DNA of 64,000 nucleotides from Octopus vulgaris (taxonomy: Eukaryota), in assembly GCA_951406725.2 (NCBI GenBank), contig OX597816.1, forward strand, positions 62,062,001 through 62,126,000, written 5' to 3'. Positions 55,021-64,000 of the stretch are shown piece by piece (within the stretch, counting starts at the first letter, position 1; each line of letters begins with the position of its first letter). The notes under the pieces are model-generated. The model saw only the letters and a list, made by a program, of their open reading frames with translations. It searched no databases and was not told where the DNA came from. The translations under genes and the position numbers were made by a program.

Positions 55021-56281
55021 ATATTTATAGAATTCTTTTCTGCAGAAAAATAATTCTTTTTCTGTTTGTTATTGGCTTCCAATGGCCCACATACATCATC
55101 ACTATCTTTCCGGTTGTACAAGGAACAGAGTGCGTATGCAACGTCAGCGAAATAATTTCTACACGTTATTTTTTATTCGATGCGTCGATTGAACGGCAAT
55201 TTATAACCGATATATAACCACGAGATTTCTTCCGTTGAACTGCGACCATGCTGGTGCATTGACTTCATATCGACATCAGATTTTATTTTAATCTACGTTT
55301 ATAGAATCGCTAAGTTACAATTTTGATACAAGGAGACAGATGACTCTTTGTGTGAAACACAAGTTTACCTGAGCAAGCGTAAATGCAGACCCGATATAGC
55401 AATTTCAGAATACGTCCCCACTCAGCGTACCTCTCGATAACTTGGAATCGTGTTCAGATTACGAGCGGTAGGATAAAACCGATTTCAAATTACTCCCAGA
55501 GGTAATTAATATATTTTATTTTTCTTTTCTACATAAATATATTCCGTGTACATTTAAAACGTATACACATTAATATATTTTGTTTTGTGTAATAGGTATT
55601 TCGATCGCATATGAAATGTATTTTATGATTATATACATTTTTTTTTTATCTTTGAGAAATTCAAACTGAAATAAAAGTTTTAAATTTTCAGAAAGTGCAA
55701 TAAACTAATGCTTTCAAATGCATACTTCAATTCAAAATAAAAATGTACTGCAGTTTTAAGTTTATGAAATGTTTTATTTTAAAATAGTTTTATTTTAAAA
55801 TGTTTCTTTTTATTTTAAAAACAAGTGCAGAAAATCTCTGATTTTCAAAGTTTATTTTTTTAAGGCGTTGTAAAATATTGGTGAGTGTTTAAAAATTCAG
55901 TATTTGTTTTTTAATCACATTTTAAGATTAGTTTAGAATCTTGGATGTTACGCCTGTTTAATGTCACGAACATATCATGAACTGTAAGCGTTAAAATTTA
56001 TCACTTCAGCAAAATCAAATGCAGAGGAACTTAGAATTGGATTCAGACTACAGCGAACTAGACTTAAGATTACCGGAAGATAACTGGAAACAATGAGTGG
56101 AGGTAACTCAAATTCTTTATACCAGGCCGGAATACAGAGAAACACACGAAGATTCAGGCACAAGCATGCGCCCATTCACATAGGCACAAACAAAAATTAT
56201 GTATATGTGTATGTATGTATGTATGTATGTGTATGTATGCATGTATGTATGTATGTATGTATGTATGTATGTATGTATGTA

Positions 56282-56473
56282 CGAAGGGTGCCGTAAAGTT
56301 CCGGGCTTTGGGTAAATAATGATTTTATTTGACATATTCCCCTCTCAGATTCACACACATAGTGCAGTGGCCCTTCAGGTATTCCAAGCCCTGTAAAAGA
56401 ACTCAGAAGGTTGGGCCTCCAACCAATGCCTTTCGCGATACCCTTAATTCCAGGAACTTTTCAGCTGCCCCTC

Positions 56474-56474
<1 letters not shown>
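56282..56474. mobile_element. Non-autonomous mariner-type MITE inserted at a TA in (TATG)n
   Basis: Degenerate TIRs CGAAGGGTGCCGTAAAGTTCC / GGAACTTTTCAGCTGCCCCTCA, with TA flanks. Confidence 0.7.
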
Positions 56475-56504
<30 letters not shown>

Positions 56505-56814
56505 TGTATGTATTCTCTTTCCCTTTTAAATTTAGTAGCAAGATTGTGAAGGAAAGAATCTTCTTTGAACCATTCTACGAAAGTCTCGCAGATTTTGATA
56601 TTCCCAGTTATCGTGAACATTTTTAGCATGTGGATTTGCGTTACCTACCCAAGATCCTAAGTATAGCCATATTTTGCTCCAGACGAGTTGGTATATCTCG
56701 TTTTGCTCTAATGTTTGTATGTACGTCTTCTATGTTTTAACTTTCATAAATATTCCACTGAGGAGGGAGCCGGATCCCAACAAAAATACAAGGCTCCATC
56801 TTAGGGGATGTAGC

Positions 56815-57352
56815 TAACAAATTCACATTAGGAACATGAGAAAAGTCTTGCATATTTTTACTGTTTCACTCGCAGGTTGCACTTGTACGAATTAGCCGGT
56901 CGATTTATATTTCTGAAAATCCCAGTTTATCCAGATTTTCCTTTAAGAATTTATTAACAAAACCTAGTGCTCCAATTATTATTAGTACGAATATGAATTC
57001 ATAGTTTGGATATAGGAGCTGGAAGTTTCGAAGCAGTTGTCCATAGATATCCTCTTTTCTTTGATTTTCAAAGACATGTTTATATCTGCCGGGCAGCTGA
57101 CCTCTATGATGGTACATACCTTTGCCACTCTAACCCAAACATTATCTGGCCTGTTATGTTTACATTTGATAGAAATTTTAATGGGAATATTCCACCAGTA
57201 TTCCTTGAGTTGATGTTTAGTTCGGGACAGTCTTTTTTGCGGATGGCTTTAGCAACAACATCGTGCCGCATAGGGAGGTAGTACCGTGAAGACATTTTAG
57301 GACAGCTGATAATCACATCCGCGACAGAAACATGACATAGCTTACACATGTA
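56815..57352 (-). mobile_element. R4/Dong-type LINE 3' fragment (CCHC finger + restriction-like endonuclease)
   Basis: CKLC..IISCPKM..Y..RHDVVAK, IIEVSCPAD, KEKEDIYGQL and IIIGALG. Frameshifted. Confidence 0.85.
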
Positions 57353-57520
57353 TCATACATACATACATACATACATACATACATTATCGTATTAATCTTG
57401 TTAAAATTCTAACGAAGGAGCTTTGGATCTAGGTTAGAAACCAGTTCTTCCTCTATTGGTAAGAAATCTTGAAATAAAACTGAATAATGACATACATACA
57501 AATATACTTACACACACACA

Positions 57521-57574
<54 letters not shown>

Positions 57575-57728
57575 TACACACACACACATATATGTAAATT
57601 GAAAAATTGGAAAGAAAAAGTTAAGAATGACATCAGTTGCCAAAATAAATGCATCCTAAGCAAAAATTCTTAGTCCAAAATTGAAATTTATGACAAGTTG
57701 TCAGTTCTTTTGGAATTATATATATACA

Positions 57729-57819
<91 letters not shown>

Positions 57820-58428
57820 TGTGTATGTATGTATGTGTATGTATGTATGCGCCTGGCTTAACGAATTAACGGAAGTAACACACGGAATGTATAGTTTGTG
57901 TCGAATTACGGGTTGACTTACTGAATATTCTCGGGTAAAAGTCGAATTTTGTAGACCATTTTTTAAGGGTCAAATTTATGGGGTCGACTGTTACATGGAT
58001 CCTACTATTGAAGGGCTGAAATTCAAGCTAGAATTCAAAGAACCGTATCAGTAACGGAATAAAACAAAAATACAATGAATTAAAATAATATTACCAATTT
58101 TATGCATCAAAACACACGTCCCAGTACGCAACAAAATCCATAAAGAAAACCGCGTTGCTCTTATAAATATTTACATTTTTTCTTATATTTGTATTTATCG
58201 AACTTGTTAGACTAGCTGAGTGAAACCAATTTATATCTCATAATTGTGTTATATCACCACCGGTAATATCTACACGGTACCTCTATGCCACTGCCTACCG
58301 TAATACAGCTGATAACTACTCAACGTGTTTCACACCATAACTCTTCAACAAATTTACAATATTTTCATATTCATGGTTAAAGTCACACTCATCACAAGTG
58401 TATTATGGCACAGTATATTATTGGTGCA

Positions 58429-58733
58429 TGGAGGCACATGGCCTAGTGGTTAGAGCAGCGGACTCACGGTCGAGGGATCGCGGGTTCGAATCTCAGACCG
58501 GGCGATGTGTGTGTTTATGAACGAAACACCTAAGCTTCACGCGGCTCCGGCAGAAGGTAATGGCGAACTTCTGCGGACTCTTTCGCCATAACTTTCTCTC
58601 ACTCTTTCCTTCTGCATTTTGCAGCTCACCTGCGACGGACCAGAGTCCCGTCCAGGTGAGCAACCTATACGCCAAGGAAGCCGGAAAACCGGACCTTATG
58701 AGCCAGGTGTGGCCCGAGAAGGAACAAACTACA
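58429..58733 (+). mobile_element. tRNA-derived SINE (head H2, tail d)
   Basis: A box TGGCCTAGTGG and B box GGGTTCGAATC. H2 central block followed by a tail shared with 61610-61857. Confidence 0.85.
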
Positions 58734-58892
58734 ATATTAGTGGTGCATTTTTATTTCTAATTAATTAAATGGAACTTAATGTTTTAAATACTAAAATTTA
58801 ACCCCACAGAAATTAAAACCAAAAATATGCAGGATGACATCTGTTGTTACTAATAAATGTCCATAATATGGCGTAGAGGTGTTAATCTGGAA

Positions 58893-59010
58893 CAATGATT
58901 CCTGAAGTGTGTTCTGCAAAACCCCAGGATTCTCTGAAAGTTATCATGGGTTCGACGTTTTAAAAAATAATACCGAAGGATTCCGTGGCAAAAAAGTTTG
59001 GGAACCACTG
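58893..59010. mobile_element. Degraded hAT-type MITE
   Basis: Ends CAATGATTCCTGAAGT / AGTTTGGGAACCACTG, similar to the MITE at 10627; TSD decayed. Confidence 0.55.
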
Positions 59011-59370
59011 ATCTAACAATTAACGGCATGCTTTTAGGCTTACCGAAGTTATGCCCGTGTGCGAATTCATACAGTGTTGTTTGCTGTTGTTCGCCAATCG
59101 TACTATCTGTGAAATACGTTCCTCACCATATAAAGAGACGAGCGTATGATGCATGTGTTTATTGTATTTGGAGGTGAAGTTAATATAAAGGTCGCATGGG
59201 ATCCACTGATCTAGCGATTAATTGAATGTTTTTAGGCTTACCAAAGTCATGCCTTTGTACGAATTTAGACAGTTGCGGTTACCAGTGTTCACCAATAGTG
59301 CTGTCTGTGAAACATGTTTCTCACCATGTAAACAGCGAGTGTATGACGCATGTGTTTATTGGGCTTGAAG
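59005..59370 (+). repeat. Diverged ~165-bp direct repeat pair (59005-59172 / 59203-59370)
   Basis: ccactgatcta..ttttaggcttacc.aagt.atgcc..ccaat.gt.ct.tctgtgaaa..ctcaccat.taaa..cgag.gtatga.gcatgtgtttattg occurs twice. Confidence 0.8.
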
Positions 59371-59477
59371 ATGTATGCAGGCTTGCAGCATATCCTCTAC
59401 ATACGTTTTAGTAATGGTGATGTGGCACCTATAAACAGATGTGTATGACTCGCTAGTAAACGGTGTTTTACTATAGT

Positions 59478-59799
59478 GAAGGCGCGTGGCTTAGTGGTTA
59501 GGGGCATTCGGCTCATGATCGTAAGGTCGTGAGTTCAATTCCCGGCGGCGCGTTTGTCTTTCAGCAAGACACTTTATTTCACGTTGCTCCAGTCCACTCA
59601 GCTGGCAAAAATGAGTAATACCTGTATTTCAAAGGGCCAGCCTTGTCGCACACTGTGTCACGCTGAATCTCCCAGATAACTACGTTAAGGGTACACGTGT
59701 CTATAGAGTGCTCAACCACTTGCAAGTTAATTTCACGAGGAAGCTGTTCCGTTGATAGTATCAGCTGGGATCCTTGTCGTCGTAACCGACGGAGTGCCT
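59478..59799 (+). mobile_element. tRNA-derived SINE (head H3, tail e; RTE-like 3' end)
   Basis: A box TGGCTTAGTGG and B box GAGTTCAATTCC; ends gtcgtcgtaaccgacggagtgcc. Confidence 0.85.
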
Positions 59800-60106
59800 C
59801 AGTAATCAATCTGTTATTCATCCACTATATATGTTACATTGCTGTTTCTATTGTATTCCTATTGAAAATAGCGTGCTGATAATGTCATGATGTTTGAAAA
59901 TACAATGAAATAGTGATAAAATGTTGTCTGAAATTCTTTTCCGTTTGAATTATTTATATTTTGTCCTCTATATTGACAATCCTTCAATATGAATAGCGAC
60001 AGAATCTGTGAAGTGTGCATTTTAATATTTGTATATTTCTCCAATTATAGCTATCAATCAATATTTACTTTTCACATAGGAAATAGTGACAACATCTCTC
60101 TCTCAC

Positions 60107-60198
<92 letters not shown>

Positions 60199-60271
60199 CC
60201 TATCTATTCCTAGATATATACATACATTTATATATACACGTATATACACATATTTACACACATATATTTGT

Positions 60272-60322
<51 letters not shown>

Positions 60323-61594
60323 AAAGGAAAAATTATAAGGTAGAATGCTAAATTTTAATAAAAATGGCTGTATGAAAAATTAAAAAAGAAAAAAATAATA
60401 AATCAAACCGGTTTTCATGGCAAGGTTTTTTTTCAAGATATGGAAGGGAAATTTTTTTTTTTTTTGAATTGAGGAAGCGGAAAAAAAATTTACCCTGTTT
60501 TTTTCAAAAAAATTATAATACATATATACAAAAATTCATAAATAAGTATACCAATACATTGTAAAGTCTTTATGCTTTTAGAGTTCAATAATAGTCCTTA
60601 GAAAAACTTCTTTGGAGGATTAGGATGCATGTGTTTTAAATGTAGTGTATATTTTGAAAAAATGGGTGATTGTGTCTCAACACTGGAAATGGGGTAGGAG
60701 TTATCCAGTTCCAGTGAGTAGGGGAGACAATTCTGTGGATGTTATGCTCTTTTTATTGGAATGGTGGATTTGTTGTCAAATCTGACAAAAAATTGATATA
60801 AGCAACCTGTTTGACAAAAAAATCCACCATTCCAAACGATCGACTTTGCCCTTTGAAAAATGCATGGACGCTGTCTGGTGACTGGTACCAGTACACAAAG
60901 AAAATAATAAAAATAGAACCAAAGAATAAACGTGTGTTTCATATTAACTACGCCATTGTTCTATTTACTAGATCATTACAAAACATTTTAATTTTATATG
61001 TGTTTTATTGAATTGTCTTTGGCTCGCCATCAATTAGTTATTACACAAACTCAGGTTATAATTCACTTTTGCTTGCATCTATATAAAATGACAATGAATT
61101 GAACTGAAATGAAAATACAATAAAATAATGAAGTATAATTATCCTAACAATAATTACAGGTAGACACCATTTAATTTGAAATAATGTTCTCTCCTTCCAA
61201 TAAATACTTTTTTATTTTTGTGTATTTTTTGTTCGGTTAACTTTACGAATATTCTTAACACATTTTTGTTTTTGTGCTGTAGAAATAAAAAGAGTCTGAA
61301 AGTGAATTAGTAGTAGTTGTAGTTACTAAAGCTGTTGTTTACTTCAAGATAAACTCTGTTCGGGCAGACCTACATCGTCGAATATGTAATAATATTATTT
61401 TGACGAAAGGGTGTCAGTTTGAAGAAATTTGACTCCTATATCTAGCCCATAGGTGTGCAATCTTTGGCTTGTAGCTGGTAGTTTTTAATATGTATACAAC
61501 TGAAAGTGATATAGGAAGTGTCAGGGCGGAAGAAAATAATTTTACTGTGCTGCAAAATAACCCAATTTATCCAAACTTATATTTTGTATTTTAA

Positions 61595-61856
61595 AAATAA
61601 TAATAATAAATGCGGCCTTTTAAAGCCTAGCCCAGGCACATGGTCCCGGTTTCCCGGTTTCAATGGCGTATGTGTTCCCAGCTGGATGGGACGCCAGTCC
61701 ATCGCAGCGCTACTCATTTTTGCCAGCTGAGTGGACTGGAGCAATGTGAAATGAAGAGTTTTGCTCGAGAACACAACTCGTCGCCCGGTCCAGGAATGGA
61801 AACCACAATATTACGATCATGATGCTGACACCCTAACCACTAAGCCACGCGCCTCC
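61595..61856 (-). mobile_element. tRNA-derived SINE (head H3, tail d) with (TTA)n tail
   Basis: Head shared with 59478; tail ctgcgatggactggcgtcccatccag..tacgcca..gaaaccgggaaaccgg shared with 58620-58730. Confidence 0.85.
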
Positions 61857-62309
61857 GCTTTAAAAATAATGCTTTTACATATACTGTATACATATTCAAG
61901 AACACATGCAAAAGTGGGGCGGATTGTACCTGATTGTTATTTACTAGAGATAGTATAGAAATGAAACGATATCTCTTTAAAAATAGTAGGCGACGTCGGT
62001 ATTAAAGAAATAGGGGTGCATCACCCATTATGCCTTAATGATTTGATTCTCACCTCACAGACTTGTGATAGTAGGAGCACATTGATTATTATAACCCTAA
62101 ATATGGAACATCCAAGAGAATGATGGGGTAGTCTCAGCTGGAACATCTGTCATCGTAGATCTGCTCATATAAGAGAGAAGAAGATAGGGAGCATCTTTTT
62201 CAAATATCTACATGTAGGAAAACAAGCTATACCTTGCAACTATTATTATGCCACGGATGAGGGAATGTGCCAGTGGTTCTTATATTCCTCTTGAAATCTT
62301 TGTACATCT

Positions 62310-63263
62310 TATTTCTTTATTACTCACAGGGAGCTAAGCATACAGGGGACAAACAACGACAGACAAAGGAGGTTAAGTCGATTACATCGACCCCAGTGCG
62401 TAACTGGTACTTAATTTATCGACGCCGAAAGGATGAAAGGCAAAGTCGACCTCGGCGGAATTTGAACTCGGAACGTAACGGCAGACGAAATACATATTTC
62501 TTTACTACCCACAAGGGGCTAAACACAGAGAGGACAGACAAACGTATTAAATCGATTATATCGACCTCAGTGCGTCACTGATACTTATTTAGTCGACCTC
62601 GAAAGGATGAAAGGCAAAGTCGACCTCGGCGGAATTTGAACTCAGAACGTAGCGGCAGACGAAATACCTATTTCTTTACTGCCCACAAGGGGCTACACAC
62701 AGAGGGGACAAACAAGGACAGACAAACGGATTAAGTCGATTATATTGACCCCAGTGCGTAACTGGTACTTATTTAATCGACCCCGAATGTATGAAAGGCA
62801 AAGTTGACCTCGGTGGAATTTGAACTCAGAACGTAAAGACAGACGAAATACCTATTTCTTTACTGCCCACAAGGGGCTACACAGAGAGGGGACAAAGAAG
62901 GACAGACAAACGGATTAGTTGATTATATCGACCCCAGTGCGTAACTGGTACTTATTTAATCGACCTCGAAAGGATGAAAGGCAAAGTCGACCTCGTCGGA
63001 ATTTGAACTCAGAACGTAACGGCAGACGAAATACCTATTTCTTTACTGCCCACAAGGGGCTACACAGAGAGGGGACAAAGAAGGACAGACAAACGGATTA
63101 GTTGATTATATCGACCCCAGTGCGTAACTGGTACTTATTTAATCGACCTCGAAAGGATGAAAGGCAAAGTCGACCTCGTCGGAATTTGAACTCAGAACGT
63201 AACGGCAGACGAAATACCGCTAAACATTTCGCCCAGCGTACTAACGTTTCTGCCAGCTCTCCC
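62310..63263 (-). mobile_element. Head-to-tail array of five ~183-bp units of a Nin-domain-like SINE, with a single A-box head
   Basis: Units start at 62310, 62495, 62669, 62853 and 63036; head at 63219-63263 (GAGCTGGCAGAAACG). Each unit has the B box GAGTTCAAATTCC and gcctttcatcctttcg.ggtcgat.aaataagtaccag. Confidence 0.9.
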
Positions 63264-64000
63264 TGCAATATAAATACGTACATGTATGTCGCCTAAGGCC
63301 CTTAAGCCATCATCTAAGTACAATCCAGAGCGAGATATAACCATAGTCACAATGAGAAGCAAATACTACTCATACACAATGCCGAATAAGGATTCATGTA
63401 TGAAATTTTCAATAATCTCTGTTATAATTAGGAAACTTGTAATAAGAATACCCCAGGAAATCTCTTAACAAGGATATCTATCTTCAAAAAGTAGATATGA
63501 AATTTATGCACTGACCAGAAGTAAACTTCGTGAATGAAGCTCTACTGGTTAAGATTGAAAACACTCTTTCTGGTTGTATAAGAGATTACACTATATACAA
63601 TTTATTCGGAATTATATAATGACACCGTTGTTTTTGCACAATATAACAGGACTTAGCCAATGTTTTAGAAGTCGTGATCATCACTGTTTGTTGACCATTC
63701 GTCATAGAACAAATATCACCTCGTTATTTTTCTCTTTGAAGATAACTTATAGCATTCTCTATTTTAACCAAGTACAAACTAGAAATTAGCTGTAATGGCT
63801 GACATAATCTGAATATAGTGCGTTCGTCGGTTGAGAGATTAAATAATAAATATTTATGTGCAACAAACCTAGGATAAATTTAAAGCAGTCAAACTAGTAT
63901 TTAAACCTTTGTCTGGGAAACTCTAAACAAATGTAAATACACTTAACGAAACAGAAGAGTAAAAGAGACAAGAGTATTAATTTAACAAATTACATCTAGT

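Larger units (their letters stand above)
54760..57730 (+). repeat. Two dispersed copies of a ~125-bp repeat (54760-54880 and 57603-57728)
   Basis: aaattggaaagaaa..gttaa.aatgacatcagttgccaaaataaatgca.cc.aagcaaaaattcttagtc.aaaattgaaatt.atgacaa..tg.ca.ttcttttggaattatata in both copies. Confidence 0.85.

Noticed and set aside
60758-60765. miR-1-like start UGGAAUG
   Set aside because: Only 7 nt match; the remainder does not resemble miR-1.
62310-63263. Regular repeats as a CRISPR array
   Set aside because: Whole ~183-bp units are homologous with no unique spacers; eukaryotic context with no cas genes.

Overview
AT-rich, microsatellite-saturated eukaryotic genomic DNA, most consistent with an octopod cephalopod (inferred from the tRNA-derived SINE families and the repeat landscape, not from a database match). 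No complete host gene is recognisable; most ORFs in the track are translations of microsatellites. The window is a transposon mosaic. It holds R4/Dong-type and Tx1/L1-type LINE fragments, two Penelope-like elements (PLEs; one with Naiad-like motifs), one full-length but inactivated mariner plus other Tc1/mariner relics, hAT MITEs, a non-autonomous Helitron and many SINEs. The most interesting signals are: (1) a three-copy element that joins a tRNA-derived Pol III head, an (AAT)n spacer and a minimal type I hammerhead ribozyme, with two copies fused head-to-head; (2) several further hammerhead-like motif families, including a CUGUCGA core variant; (3) a Tx1-type LINE inserted twice into one (TCTA)n tract, whose 3' terminal stem-loop resembles the tail of a tandemly arrayed SINE; (4) SINEs built combinatorially from shared heads and swapped tails. 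A few orphan candidate exons are listed at low confidence.
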